DNA of 64,000 bases from Chloroflexota bacterium (GCA_031400455.1 JANNPX010000014.1:13076-77075), one strand, 5' to 3'; positions 17,817 through 28,263 are shown, numbered from the stretch's first letter. The notes: a model not told the origin generated them from the sequence alone. Numbers and translations: made by a program.

Positions 17817-18104
17817 ATGCCGGCACAAGTAGGAAAGCGATACATCGCGGCGAGCGGCGCGGAACTCATCATCACGAAGGGCGCCGACGGCACGCTGCAA
17901 GACGGCGACACGCCTATGAACATGAAAGAGGACGGCCCGCCGGCGTCAGGTGGTTCCGGTGGCGATGTCGTCCTCGGCAAGCGCTACGCGTCCGCGGACG
18001 GCGCGGTCGAGGCGCTCTGCATCAAGCCCGGCGCCTGCGACCTTCGCTACAACGGCGAACCGATGGAGCTGATGCAGCCCAAGGTGCTCCCCTCCGCCGA
18101 CTGA
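17817..18104 (+). CDS. Small protein with an internally duplicated GKRY module
   Basis: GGAGG RBS; VGKRYIAASGAELIITKG..PM and LGKRYASADGAVEALCIKPG..PM; ends in LPSAD. Confidence 0.75.
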   Translation: MPAQVGKRYIAASGAELIITKGADGTLQDGDTPMNMKEDGPPASGGSGGDVVLGKRYASADGAVEALCIKPGACDLRYNGEPMELMQPKVLPSAD

Positions 18105-18189
18105 TCATCGAATTCTGCCGAACGCAAGAACGACCGTCGCAGTTGCGACGGTCGTTCGCTTTGATACGTACTCCGCGCCTGCTCGCCGT

Positions 18190-19350
18190 CTAGATCAGCG
18201 GCGTGCCTGGCTCCAATCCCATCAACACCCGCCCCACCGTCTCGTAGTTGGACGGTGCCACCATGAAGTGCTGCGTCACCGCATTGACGTCGCGCAGACA
18301 GCGCTGCAGCACGCTCGATTCGTAATTCGATGTGCCGCCGCCCTGCCGATACGCGATCTCCGCTGCCTGTGCCGCGCAGTCGACGGCGTGTGTCACGGCC
18401 AGCTTGATCCGCGCCCGCATCTCCATATCGATCGTTTCGCCGCGCGCCGAGCGATTCAGCAGTTCGCCCACCGCTTCGTACAGGAAGGCCCTCCCGCCCT
18501 GGAGCATTCCCTCCGCCCGCGCGATCTCGTGTTGGGCGACGGCCTTCTCCTGCAGCTTCGATGGCGCGAAGAGCGGCGTCTTGTTCTGCGCGAGCGCCAG
18601 TAGCTCGTCGATCGCTCGCCGCGCGGCACCCAGCGCGACGGGTGCGAGCGCCAAGCCGAACAGCGTGAACATCGGGATTGCGCCCGGCGGCCCGGCGGGC
18701 GGGCCGCCAAGCGAAACGGCGGCCGTCCGCTCTTCCGGCACGAACAGATCGTTCACCGTTACATCGTGGCTCCCCGTGCCGCGCAATCCGAACACGTGCC
18801 ACGTATCCAGCACTTCGATGTCAGTCGTCGGCACGACGGCGAGTCGAAAATCCGGTGCTCCGCTCGGCGCCATCCTCGGCTTGTCGCCTTCGAAGACGAT
18901 GGTGCCCATGAACATCCATTCGGAGTTCTGGCACCCGCTGGCGTATGCCCAGCGCCCGGTGACGCGGTATCCTCCCTCGACCGGTATCGCCCGGCCGGAT
19001 GGCGACCCCACGCCGCAGATCGCGATGCCAGGCTTGAGGATCTCGCGCGCCACGGCGTCGCTGATCCCCGGCGTCCCGATAGAGCCGCTCCCGATCGCCG
19101 CACACCATCCCGCCGATGCGTCCGCGATCGATATTTCTTCGACCGTGCGCATCGTCGTGATCAGGTCCGCGCCGAGACCGCCGTATTCGACGGGACGCGC
19201 CATGCCGAATATGCGGTGCTGTTTGAAGGCGCGCGTGAGCCCATCGGGCAGCCGTCGCAACTGCTGCCCTTCTTCGCTGTGCGACTCGATTTCGGCGCGC
19301 AGCCCCTTGGCGGTCTCGACCATGTCGGTCGGCTGGATGGTCGTGGTCAT
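18190..19350 (-). CDS. Acyl-CoA dehydrogenase-fold flavin-dependent monooxygenase (HsaA-like)
   Basis: DASAGWC, GRWAYASGC, DTWHVFGLRGTGSHD, LQRCLRD. Confidence 0.9.
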   Translation of the reverse strand: MTTTIQPTDMVETAKGLRAEIESHSEEGQQLRRLPDGLTRAFKQHRIFGMARPVEYGGLGADLITTMRTVEEISIADASAGWCAAIGSGSIGTPGISDAVAREILKPGIAICGVGSPSGRAIPVEGGYRVTGRWAYASGCQNSEWMFMGTIVFEGDKPRMAPSGAPDFRLAVVPTTDIEVLDTWHVFGLRGTGSHDVTVNDLFVPEERTAAVSLGGPPAGPPGAIPMFTLFGLALAPVALGAARRAIDELLALAQNKTPLFAPSKLQEKAVAQHEIARAEGMLQGGRAFLYEAVGELLNRSARGETIDMEMRARIKLAVTHAVDCAAQAAEIAYRQGGGTSNYESSVLQRCLRDVNAVTQHFMVAPSNYETVGRVLMGLEPGTPLI

Positions 19351-19465
19351 GATGTTGCCTCCTGGGGAGCGCAGCCGAGCCGGAACTGGCGGACGTCGTC
19401 GGGTCGGTGAGAGCCACGCGTCAACGTTCTACCGAATCAGGACGACTACGTGAAGCGAGTCAGAT

Positions 19466-19663
19466 GGAGCGCGGGCGCCCCGCCCGTAGCGTGCTGGCTC
19501 AATGGTAGTGTCGTGCTTCTAGCGCTTCACTACCGCTGGAGCTTGGCCTAGGCACCGCACGCGGCGGACATCCGCCAGACGTGGGGCGTACTGCGTTGGT
19601 CCGGCTGTCTCCTTCGGCGACTTGAAATTGCCGGACCCACCGCCGAGGGCGGCTATGCTCCAC
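19466..19663. repeat. Intergenic region bounded by REP-like palindromes
   Basis: GGAGCGCGGGCGCCCCGCCCG at the left; minus-strand GTGGAGCATAGCCGCCCTCGGCGGTG at the right. Confidence 0.45.
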
Positions 19664-19704
19664 GCTTCGCGTCGCGTTAGCAGGGGTCAATTTGTATCAC
19701 GCGC

Positions 19705-20577
19705 TCAGTGCGGCGAGGGCGTGCGCTCCGGATTCTCAACGGGCCGCGGCAGCTCGGAATCGGTCGTCGCGGCGGCATCAGGGACGTGCCGCCGTGCGTA
19801 GGGCAGCACCCCGCGCTTGCCCGCCGCCATTGGCAGGTCGCTCAGCACCACCTCGACGCCGAACACGTCGCGAATGAGGTCGACGGTGAGCACTTCCTCT
19901 GCCGGGCCGTTGCCGATGATCCGGCCGTCCCGCATGGCGATCACGCGCTCGCAATAGATCGCCGTCATCCACAGGTCGTGCATCGATACGACGACCGTTA
20001 CGCCGTGGTTCTTCAGCTCGGAAAGGAGATCCAGCAGCTCGAACTGGTGGGCCAAGTCGAGGAATGCCGTGGGCTCGTCCAGCAGCAGGATGTCCGGCCG
20101 CTGCGCCAGCGCCATCGCCGTCCATGCGCGGCGCAGCTCGCCGTGCGAGAGCTGCTTCAGCGACCGCGACCGCATCTCCTGCACCTGCATCGCGGTCAGC
20201 GCCCACTCGACCGACTGGCGATCAGCCGCGGCGTCTCGATGCAGTAGCGTCTGATGAGGGAACCGCCCGCGATACACCAACTCTTCGACCGTCAGGTCGG
20301 GGACGCCATCGACCTGTTGCCCAAGGAACGCGAGCTTCTTCGCCACGTCGCGTCCGGGCTGCTGATGCAGCACCTCGCCATCGAGCAGCACCACGCCGTG
20401 CTGTGGCTTCAGCAACCGGCCCAGCGCTCGCAACAGGGTCGACTTCCCGGCGCCGTTCGGCCCGATCAGTCCCGTGATCCGGCGGTCGTCGATGACAAGA
20501 TCGATGTTCTCGATGCGGAAGCCGTCCCGGCCGTAGCCTGCGGTGAGATTCCGTGCTTCCAGCCTCATGCGCGCCAC
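19705..20577 (-). CDS. Iron-siderophore/cobalamin ABC transporter ATPase
   Basis: GPNGAGKST, LSHGE (signature variant), LLLDEPT, H-loop SMHD. Confidence 0.93.
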   Translation of the reverse strand: MARMRLEARNLTAGYGRDGFRIENIDLVIDDRRITGLIGPNGAGKSTLLRALGRLLKPQHGVVLLDGEVLHQQPGRDVAKKLAFLGQQVDGVPDLTVEELVYRGRFPHQTLLHRDAAADRQSVEWALTAMQVQEMRSRSLKQLSHGELRRAWTAMALAQRPDILLLDEPTAFLDLAHQFELLDLLSELKNHGVTVVVSMHDLWMTAIYCERVIAMRDGRIIGNGPAEEVLTVDLIRDVFGVEVVLSDLPMAAGKRGVLPYARRHVPDAAATTDSELPRPVENPERTPSPH

Positions 20578-21590
20578 CGCACCATGTACAGCAGGAACGG
20601 CGCCCCGACGATGGCCGTCACGATGCCCAGCGGAATCTCCACCGGCTTATCGACGACGCGGGCGAGCAGGTCGGCATACACCACCAGCGCCGCGCCCAGG
20701 ATGGCCGAGAGCGGCAACAGGCTGCGATGGTCGTCGCCGGTGAGGAACCGCGCGAGGTGCGGGATCAGCAGCCCGACGAACGCCACCATGCCCGCGACGC
20801 TCACCGCGGCGCCCGCGAGCATCGCTGCGGCCGCAATCGCGAACACGCGCGTCCGTTCGACGCTGAGCCCCAGCGACTGCGCGGCTTCATCGCCGAGCGA
20901 CAGGATGTTCATGTCGCGCGAGAGCAGGAGCGCCGCGACGAGTCCCGCCGTGACGTATGGCCACACGGCGTAGAACTCGTCCCAGCCGCGTCCGAACAGG
21001 CCGCCGGCGAGGAATGACAGCGATGCCTGCGTGGTCAGGTTCGACGTCACGAGGATCATCGTGATCGCCGAGGTCAGCATCGATGCGATCGCAACTCCAG
21101 AGAGCGCCAGCCGCACGGGCGACACCCCTCCACGCCACGACAGCCCGTAGAGCAGCGCTGCCGCAGTGAGCGCCCCGCCGAACGCGATCGGTGCAAGGGC
21201 TGCAGCCGGCACGTCTTGCGATACGCGTATTGCCACCGATGCCGCGAGTCCGCCGCCCGCTGTGAGCCCCAGGATGTGCGGATCCGCGAGGGGATTACGC
21301 GTCACGCCCTGTAGGAGCGCGCCCGCAACACCCAGGCTGGCCCCGACGAGCAGCGCCAGTAGTACGCGCGGCATCCGCAGATCCCAGACAATCGTGTGGG
21401 CCAGCGGGTCGTTGCGATCCAGCAGCCCATTCAGCACCCGCGCCGGGGAGAGGGTCACGGCTCCGAGCGAGAGGCCGAGCACCACGGCGAGCGCCAACAA
21501 CGCCAGCGGCGCGCCCCATGCCAGCAGTGTCCGCGCGGCGGTGCTGCGGCGTTCGCTTCTCACCCGGGGCGCGGCCGCCACGATGCTCAC
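20565..21590 (-). CDS. FecCD/BtuC-family ABC permease
   Basis: LRMPR, RNPLADP, GDEAAQSLG, FVGLLIPH, EIPLGIVT. Confidence 0.95.
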   Translation of the reverse strand: MSIVAAAPRVRSERRSTAARTLLAWGAPLALLALAVVLGLSLGAVTLSPARVLNGLLDRNDPLAHTIVWDLRMPRVLLALLVGASLGVAGALLQGVTRNPLADPHILGLTAGGGLAASVAIRVSQDVPAAALAPIAFGGALTAAALLYGLSWRGGVSPVRLALSGVAIASMLTSAITMILVTSNLTTQASLSFLAGGLFGRGWDEFYAVWPYVTAGLVAALLLSRDMNILSLGDEAAQSLGLSVERTRVFAIAAAAMLAGAAVSVAGMVAFVGLLIPHLARFLTGDDHRSLLPLSAILGAALVVYADLLARVVDKPVEIPLGIVTAIVGAPFLLYMVRWRA

Positions 21591-22609
21591 GGGTAGAGCA
21601 GCTTCGACAGTTCGGTCAACGCATCACCCGCGCGTGGGCCCGGCGCCTGCAGGTAGATCACCAAGCTGATCTCGCTGACCCGTTTGTTCTGCACCGCAGG
21701 TACGTCCGCCCACGCCGGGTTCGACGACAGCGAAGCCGTGAGTGTCGTCCCGCCGGGAGGCCCCGCGGTGATTGAGAGTACGACATCCGGCTTCGATGTC
21801 AGGATCGTTTCCAGGCTCAGTTTCGTGTAGCCGGGAAAGCGCCCGACGTCCGGTGCGCCCTTGGCAACATTGTTGCCGCCGAGGAGCTGCACGAGATCGC
21901 CGACGTATGACTCCGGTTTCGCCGCGTAGAAGTCTTCGGGGGACCCGTTCAGCACCAGCACCGTGGGCTTCTCGGCCGGGAGCTTCGCCTTGAGGTTGCT
22001 CAGCGTTTTCTCCAGCTTCGTCGCGGCCAGTTCGCCCGCCGCCTGCGCGTCCAGCACTTCGCCGATGATACGCAGCCCTTTCGGTACGTCGGTGAACACC
22101 TGCGCACCGACGTAGACCACCGGCACGCCCAGCCCGGTCAGACTCTCCAGAAGTTGAGGCTGTATGACGCTGTCGGCGACGATCAGATCAGGCTTCTCGG
22201 CCGCGATCAGCTCGAGGTTCGGCTGGTACGACGGTCCGATGTCCTTCGCGCTCGTCGCAGCGTCGGGAAACTTCACTGAGGTCGATCGCGTCTTGCTCGT
22301 CGCGCCGACGGCAAAGACGTATTCGACGGTCGTCGGGCTGATCGCGGCGACCGCCACCGGCTTCGCAGCGATGGTCACACTGCGCCCGAGCATGTCCGTC
22401 ACGGTCAGTGGGTAGGTCGTCGCCTTGGCGGCCGTCGTTGCTGCGGCCGTCGTGCCAGGAGTTGCCGCCGACTGCGTAGCCCCCGGCGTCGTCGCGCCTC
22501 CTGCCGCCGCCGTCTTCGTCTTGTCGCCGTCGCTTGTGCCGCCGCAGGCCGCAGCCAGCACCATCGCGCCGAGCGCCAACACGCTCAGCAGCTTCACTCC
22601 GTGTCGCAT
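21587..22609 (-). CDS. ABC substrate-binding lipoprotein (BtuF/FepB family)
   Basis: Lipobox LAAAC, Thr/Ala linker, YPLTVTDMLGR, PNLELI..KPDLI, PAVQNKRV. Confidence 0.93.
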   Translation of the reverse strand: MRHGVKLLSVLALGAMVLAAACGGTSDGDKTKTAAAGGATTPGATQSAATPGTTAAATTAAKATTYPLTVTDMLGRSVTIAAKPVAVAAISPTTVEYVFAVGATSKTRSTSVKFPDAATSAKDIGPSYQPNLELIAAEKPDLIVADSVIQPQLLESLTGLGVPVVYVGAQVFTDVPKGLRIIGEVLDAQAAGELAATKLEKTLSNLKAKLPAEKPTVLVLNGSPEDFYAAKPESYVGDLVQLLGGNNVAKGAPDVGRFPGYTKLSLETILTSKPDVVLSITAGPPGGTTLTASLSSNPAWADVPAVQNKRVSEISLVIYLQAPGPRAGDALTELSKLLYP

Positions 22610-22850
22610 CCGTCCTCCTCCAACGCTGCGGCGAACCTTCGCCGCGCCGATGGAGCGTATCCAGCCGCCCCGCCCTGCCGGAAGCCCTGAAGCGCGCAGC
22701 TTCCCCGGGGCGTGCGGCGAACCTGAGCAAACCCCGCAAAGCTCGCCGACAGTGGCACTTGAGCGGCTTGCAGCGCGCCCACGCCCAGACGGGCGTTGCT
22801 ACCAGCTTGCAGCGCCGCCGAATCCGCCGCGACCGCGATACACTCGATGA

Positions 22851-24368
22851 ATGGACGACGCACCCACGCCGCCGCCTCGGCGGCGGCGCTACGCCCGCCG
22901 CGCGGTCGATGGTGGCAGCCGGTTGGCCGGTGGCGCCTCCCGCGGCGCTGATGAGCTCTATCGCCGCGCCGATCACGTGGTCAACCGGGGCCAGCACCAC
23001 GCCTTCCGGTTCCTCTGGTTCTTTCTACCGGAGCCGGCGATCGCCCGCAGCGTCCGCTTCCAGCACCTCATGGTGTCGGTATTCTTCGCGGATTCAGCCC
23101 GCGACGCGATTCGATACGGTGCTCTGATCGCCGTGGCGAGCAGCGGCGGATCGGCGCTCGATGCCGCTCTGGTCGGCGTTGCCTCGCTGGTGCCTCCGAC
23201 GTTGTTCGGGCTGTACGGCGGCGCCGTCGCCGACGGAATGCCGAAACGTGTCGCTCTCGGTGTCGTGTACGGTCTCGACGCGGCCGTCTGCTTCATCGTG
23301 CCGATCTGGTTCGGCACGAATCTCGCCGCCATCATCGCTCTGATCTTTGCCGTGAACGTGTTCGGCCAGGTCTCCGGCCCGACCGAGCAGTCCATGGCTC
23401 CCCTCGTCGCGTCTGAAGAAGAGCTCGCGACGGCGAACTCGCTCTCAAGCCTGGTCTCCAACCTCGGCACGGTCTTCGGTACCGCCCTCCTCGCGCCGAT
23501 CCTCGTGCGCGTCGCAGGTGTGCGGGCGATCTTCTACGTTGCCGGCATCCTGTTGTTCATGGCTTCTACGCGGGTCCTCAACGTGCGTTCTCGCCGCGAT
23601 CAACAGACAGTGCGCTGGCGGCGTCCCAAGGTGAACGCCATCTTGACCATCCGCTGGCTCGCCGAACAGCCCGCCGTAGCTACGATGATCGTCGTCGGCG
23701 TGCTCGCCGGCACGGCCAACGTCGTTTTGCAGACGCTGGCGCCGCTCTACGTGCAAACCGTCCTCGATGTGGATCCTGCCGACGCTGTCTATGTCTTCGC
23801 GCCCTCGTCGATCGGCCTGGCGCTCGCACTGTTGGCAGCGCCGAAGCTCATCCGCCTGAGGGGCGAGCGGCAGTCAGCGATCGTCGGATTCCTGTGCACG
23901 GCCACGGCGCTCTGCCTGCTTGGCCTCGTGCGCCGTGACCTTGCAGGCATCATCGATCCCATCAACCCCCTGCGATTTGCTAGCGCTGTGGGGATTGAAA
24001 TGGGGCGCCCGCTTCGCACAGCGAGCTTCCTCGTGCTGCCGCTCGGGTTCGGCATGTCGCTCACGACCATGTCGGTGCAAACGTACATCAATCGTCGTGT
24101 GCCGCTCGCGCTGCAGGGGCGGGCGTTTGCGCTGCAGAGCACCCTCAAGAACGGTTCCGCGATCGTGCCGCTGCTCACGCTGGGCGCCGCCGCGGGCGTG
24201 TTTGGCGTCGACAACGTGCTGGTCTTTTCGCCTGTACTGCTGTTCGCCGTCGCCATATCGCTGATCGCACTCAGCGAGCACTTTGGTGGGAGGGCACCTC
24301 ACACGCGGCTTGAGGTGCTGTCGTCGTTTTGGGAGGAGCCGCCGACAGCGGAGCTGGCTCCGCCGTAG
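22851..24368 (+). CDS. MFS transporter
   Basis: About 12 TM segments; GGAVADGMPKR motif A; VPLALQGRAF. Confidence 0.88.
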   Translation: MDDAPTPPPRRRRYARRAVDGGSRLAGGASRGADELYRRADHVVNRGQHHAFRFLWFFLPEPAIARSVRFQHLMVSVFFADSARDAIRYGALIAVASSGGSALDAALVGVASLVPPTLFGLYGGAVADGMPKRVALGVVYGLDAAVCFIVPIWFGTNLAAIIALIFAVNVFGQVSGPTEQSMAPLVASEEELATANSLSSLVSNLGTVFGTALLAPILVRVAGVRAIFYVAGILLFMASTRVLNVRSRRDQQTVRWRRPKVNAILTIRWLAEQPAVATMIVVGVLAGTANVVLQTLAPLYVQTVLDVDPADAVYVFAPSSIGLALALLAAPKLIRLRGERQSAIVGFLCTATALCLLGLVRRDLAGIIDPINPLRFASAVGIEMGRPLRTASFLVLPLGFGMSLTTMSVQTYINRRVPLALQGRAFALQSTLKNGSAIVPLLTLGAAAGVFGVDNVLVFSPVLLFAVAISLIALSEHFGGRAPHTRLEVLSSFWEEPPTAELAPP

Positions 24369-24776
24369 ATCGGGACACGAAAAAGTCGCGAAGGCGACGC
24401 CCTCGCGACAGTGCTTCTATCTTGTGGTCAACGGTCCCGGCCAGGGCGCTAAGTCTCTTGTTGCCGTTATGAGCGCCCTGGCCGCATCCGCCTCTCGCGC
24501 CGGGGAGGTTAACTCCGGCGCGACTCAAGCCCTACACCTGGAGTATCGGCGCAAGATGTTAGATCCGTATGAAGCGGAACCCGAACTCATGCTAAATGTC
24601 GCGGATTCTGGCCGGTCGGCGGCGTGCTCCGAAGCTGGGACTTGACACTTGGTGGTGCGCAGTTGGTAGGGTTCCTGTGCGCAACCAAAGGATGGGTTGG
24701 AACGATAGGCCGGCAGAACTGTGGCGGGGCTGCCGGCCTCCGTTTACCTTCCGCGATCCGCGGGTCGCGCCATCCA

Positions 24777-25550
24777 CTACCCGTGCCTGGTAGAGATTCC
24801 TCCGTCGACGGGGATCACCGTGCCCGTCAGATAGGCACCCGCCCGCGACGACAGAAAGATCGCCGTCCCGGCCATGTCTTCTGGCCTGCCGATGCGCCCC
24901 AACGGACACGACGCGCGGATCTGATCGCCGAAGCGCTTCAGTGTCTCCGCCATCATCTTGCTCTCGAACGGACCCGGCGCGATCGCGTTGACCGTGATGC
25001 GGCTCGGCGCGAGCCGGTGCGCCAGCGTGCGCGTCAAGTGGTGTACGGCCGCCTTGCTCGATGAGTAAGCGTATGTCTCCAGCGTCGGCGCCTGCAGCCC
25101 ATCGATTGAGCCGATGTTGATCACGCGCGCCGGATCGTCATCGCTGGCTGCGCGCTCCAGCAGCGGCACCATCAGGCGCGTGAGGTTGAACACGCTCTTT
25201 ACGTTCAGCGCGAACACCTTGTCGAACGCCGCGTCGGGGTACTCGGCAAGCGGCGCGCCCCAGTTCGATCCGGCGTTGTTCACCAGAATGTGCAGCGACT
25301 CCTCCCGCTTCCCGACTTCTGTCGCCAGTTCGCGGCATCCGGCGTCGCTGCCGAGATCAGCCGGGATGGCGATGCATGTGCCGACCTTCGACAGGTCTTC
25401 CGCAACTTCCGCGCACACCTCCGCGTTGCGAGACGACACGTACACACGCGCGCCGGCTTCCACGAATCCGCGCGCGATCATCAGTCCGATGCCGCGCGAG
25501 CCGCCCGTCACCACTGCCACTTTGCCTTCAATCGAGAACAACCCACTCAC
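24777..25550 (-). CDS. SDR family oxidoreductase
   Basis: TGGSRGIG, NNAG, YSSSK, VDGG. Confidence 0.95.
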   Translation of the reverse strand: MSGLFSIEGKVAVVTGGSRGIGLMIARGFVEAGARVYVSSRNAEVCAEVAEDLSKVGTCIAIPADLGSDAGCRELATEVGKREESLHILVNNAGSNWGAPLAEYPDAAFDKVFALNVKSVFNLTRLMVPLLERAASDDDPARVINIGSIDGLQAPTLETYAYSSSKAAVHHLTRTLAHRLAPSRITVNAIAPGPFESKMMAETLKRFGDQIRASCPLGRIGRPEDMAGTAIFLSSRAGAYLTGTVIPVDGGISTRHG

Positions 25551-25669
25551 CAGGACGGCTCCTTTCAGCCAGCGCGTTCAAACCCCGAGATCGTGCGTGG
25601 CCCACGCCTCCACGTCAAGGACGCGCCGCGGCGGCTTTCGCGCGCCATTCCCGCGGGCGACAATGACTC

Positions 25670-26392
25670 ATGCACCGGAACGGCAACGGCAGCGACTCCA
25701 CCGACCTCATCGTCGCGCACACGTCGGACCTTCATTTGGGTGGTCGCTGGCACAAGGGCGGTGATCTCGACACGCTGCGGGCCGTGCTGGACGCCGCCGA
25801 GGAGACCCACGCGCACGTCCTCATCCTCGCCGGCGACATCTTCGACAGCCACCGCGCCGCTCCGCACATCGTCGAAGGCGCCACCGAGATGATGGCGGGC
25901 GCCTCATGCCAGATCATCCTGCTCCCGGGCAACCACGACCCCGCGACGCCCGACGCGGTGTACCGCCGTCATGGGATGACGGACGTGCCGAACCTGCACA
26001 TCCTCGGCATCACCACCGGCGCCGCCGCGCGCTTCGACGAACTCGGTCTCGAAGTTACCGGCATCGCACACGCCGACTACGCGGACTTCACGCCGCTCGC
26101 CGCGGTGTCCCCGCGGACGATAGAACACCACGTCGTTGTCGCGCACGGGCACTGGGTGACGGGCCCGCAGGACGCGCACCGAGGCTGGCTGATCCACGAC
26201 CACGAGATCGCCGCGTCAGGTGCTGACTACGTGGCGCTTGGCCATTGGGATCTGGCGCAGCCCGCCGGCGACGGCTCCGTACCTGCGTACTACTCCGGCT
26301 CGCCGGAACTGGCGCGCACGGTCAATATCGTGCGCTTCGCCGAAGGCGCTCCTGCCGACGTCCGTCGCCATCCGTTGCGGCTCGAACAATAA
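25670..26392 (+). CDS. Calcineurin-like metallophosphoesterase (SbcD/Mre11-like)
   Basis: HTSDLHLG, AGDIFD, PGNHD, VAHG, ALGHWD, YSGSPE. Confidence 0.9.
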   Translation: MHRNGNGSDSTDLIVAHTSDLHLGGRWHKGGDLDTLRAVLDAAEETHAHVLILAGDIFDSHRAAPHIVEGATEMMAGASCQIILLPGNHDPATPDAVYRRHGMTDVPNLHILGITTGAAARFDELGLEVTGIAHADYADFTPLAAVSPRTIEHHVVVAHGHWVTGPQDAHRGWLIHDHEIAASGADYVALGHWDLAQPAGDGSVPAYYSGSPELARTVNIVRFAEGAPADVRRHPLRLEQ

Positions 26393-26423
26393 CGCTCGTG
26401 GTGTGGTGTGGTGTGGCGTGGCG

Positions 26424-27149
26424 TCAGGCCGGCGCGGCGTGCATCGATGCCATCGAAGCCGGCTCACGGTCTTCCAGGTGCCCGTCTTCCAGCCAGACGA
26501 TGCGGTCGGCGTACGGCAGCACGCGATGATCGTGGCTCACCATCAACACCGCCGTGCCCATGTCGTGCGCGATCATCTGCAGCATCGACATCACCTCGGC
26601 GCCTCGAGCGCCGTCCAGGCTCGCCGTCGGCTCGTCGGCCATGATCACGAGCGGGTTGTTGGCGACCGCCCGGGCGATAGCGACGCGCTGACGCTCGCCG
26701 CCGCTCAGTGTCCGCGGCCGATAGTCCTTCCGGTGGGTTAGCCCCAGGATCGATAGCAACTCGGCGGCGCGAGCCTGGGCGTTCTTGCCGGGCACCTTGG
26801 CCCGTCGCATCACCAGCTCCAGGTTCTGGCTCACGGTCAGCGAGTCCATCAGGTTGAACTCTTGGAAGACGAACCCCACCTTGTGCAGCCGCACGTCTGC
26901 TAGCTGGTCGCCGTTCAGCGAGGAGAGCGGCGTGCCGGCGATGATCACTTCACCCGACGTCGGCTTGCGAAGGGCGCCGGCTATCGTCAGCAGCGTCGAC
27001 TTGCCGGCGCCGGAAGGCCCCATCGTGATCACAACCTGCCGCGGCAAGAGTTGGAGTGATACCGAACGCATCGCGTGCGTCGGGTTCGTCTTGTCACCGA
27101 ACACCTGGCTGACGTTGACCAGTTCGAGTACCGGCGTCTCCGTCTGCAT
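26424..27149 (-). CDS. ABC ATPase, LolD/MacB family
   Basis: GPSGAGKST, GFVFQ, LSGGERQRVAIARA, DEPT. Confidence 0.95.
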   Translation of the reverse strand: MQTETPVLELVNVSQVFGDKTNPTHAMRSVSLQLLPRQVVITMGPSGAGKSTLLTIAGALRKPTSGEVIIAGTPLSSLNGDQLADVRLHKVGFVFQEFNLMDSLTVSQNLELVMRRAKVPGKNAQARAAELLSILGLTHRKDYRPRTLSGGERQRVAIARAVANNPLVIMADEPTASLDGARGAEVMSMLQMIAHDMGTAVLMVSHDHRVLPYADRIVWLEDGHLEDREPASMASMHAAPA

Positions 27150-27153
27150 CGCT

Positions 27154-28263
27154 CTATCCTTTGAACGCCACGGCCGGATCGATAGCGCCCACATGCCGCG
27201 CCGGCACGATCGACGCAGCAGCCGCCATGAACACCGTCGCCGCCAGCACGAGCACGATGTCCATCGGCCGCACGAGCACGATGAACGTTGCTACCAGCCG
27301 GTCGGCGAACATACTCACGATCAGCGTCAGGACCATGCCGAACACGAATCCCAACAGGCCTGTCACGATACTCTGGATCAACACGAGTCCGTAGAGATCG
27401 CGGTTGTTGAATCCGATCGCTTTCATCACACCAAACTCCCGCTGGCGCTCGACCGTCGCTGTATAGATCGTCAGGCTTGTGATCGCGATGCCAACGATGA
27501 GCGCGATCCCAAGGATCAACACGATGATCGGAATGATGTTGTCCAGGATGCGGTGGCGGGTTGCGGACGCGAACTCCTTCGACGTGAAAACGGTCACCCC
27601 TGGGTTCGCCGCGATCATTTCAGACTGCAATTGCGCGAATGACGCGCCGGGCTTCAAGCTGAATAACCAGAACGTCACGAGGTCGCCCATGTCGAGGAGT
27701 TCGCCGGCCGACTTCACATCGACGAACGACGCCTGCGTAAACGCGAAGTTGCCGCCGGTCGCGATGCCGATCACGTCGAAGGTCTTGTCGTTGCTGGTCA
27801 GCTTGTCGCCGACCCCCACGCCCGATGTGCGCGACAAGACGCTATCGATGACGATCTGGTTGCCGGTGGGGTTGCCCTTCCCTTTGACGATCTTCACGGG
27901 TCCGCCAATGCCCGACGCGACGTCGTAGCCGATGAGGTGCGTTTCGAACTTGTCCTTATCGTGAAGGAACTGCATAGGGCGCACGATCATCGGGTGAACG
28001 TCGGCTACGTCACTGCGCGCGCGCATCTCGTCGCCCATGGAGCCGGGCAGGATCGAAGCGGCGTTGATGAAATCCGTCGTGCCCTGTCGCGCGACCCAGC
28101 CGTCGGCGTGCACGTCTTCCACGAACCCGCCGACCTTCTCGTTCCACCCCTGGTAGAGCCCGATCAGTACGCTGATCAGGAAGACGGCGAAGCCAATGCC
28201 GGCCGCCGAGAAGGCGAAGCGCGTGCGCTCGGTCACGAGGTTCCGCACCGCGAGCAAGATCAT
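27154..28263 (-). CDS. ABC permease, MacB/FtsX family
   Basis: TM1, large periplasmic domain, then ERQREFGVMKAIG and 3 TMs; ends IDPAVAFK. Confidence 0.93.
   Translation of the reverse strand: MILLAVRNLVTERTRFAFSAAGIGFAVFLISVLIGLYQGWNEKVGGFVEDVHADGWVARQGTTDFINAASILPGSMGDEMRARSDVADVHPMIVRPMQFLHDKDKFETHLIGYDVASGIGGPVKIVKGKGNPTGNQIVIDSVLSRTSGVGVGDKLTSNDKTFDVIGIATGGNFAFTQASFVDVKSAGELLDMGDLVTFWLFSLKPGASFAQLQSEMIAANPGVTVFTSKEFASATRHRILDNIIPIIVLILGIALIVGIAITSLTIYTATVERQREFGVMKAIGFNNRDLYGLVLIQSIVTGLLGFVFGMVLTLIVSMFADRLVATFIVLVRPMDIVLVLAATVFMAAAASIVPARHVGAIDPAVAFKG

Noticed and set aside
22610-22850. Cobalamin riboswitch upstream of the BtuF/FecCD-type ABC operon
   Set aside because: Only fragments (GCCACTG, GGGAAG) occur on the minus strand. 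I could not find the conserved 5' core or the B12 box; an Infernal scan is needed.
24283-24645. 120-aa ORF after the MFS gene
   Set aside because: Overlaps the MFS 3' end and has no RBS or recognisable motif.
25670-26392. SbcCD/Mre11-Rad50 repair or defence system
   Set aside because: No SMC/SbcC partner is adjacent; only a stand-alone phosphoesterase can be supported.
26398-26425. (GTGGT)n/(GTGGC)n short tandem repeat
   Set aside because: Very short, between convergent gene ends, with no evidence of function.
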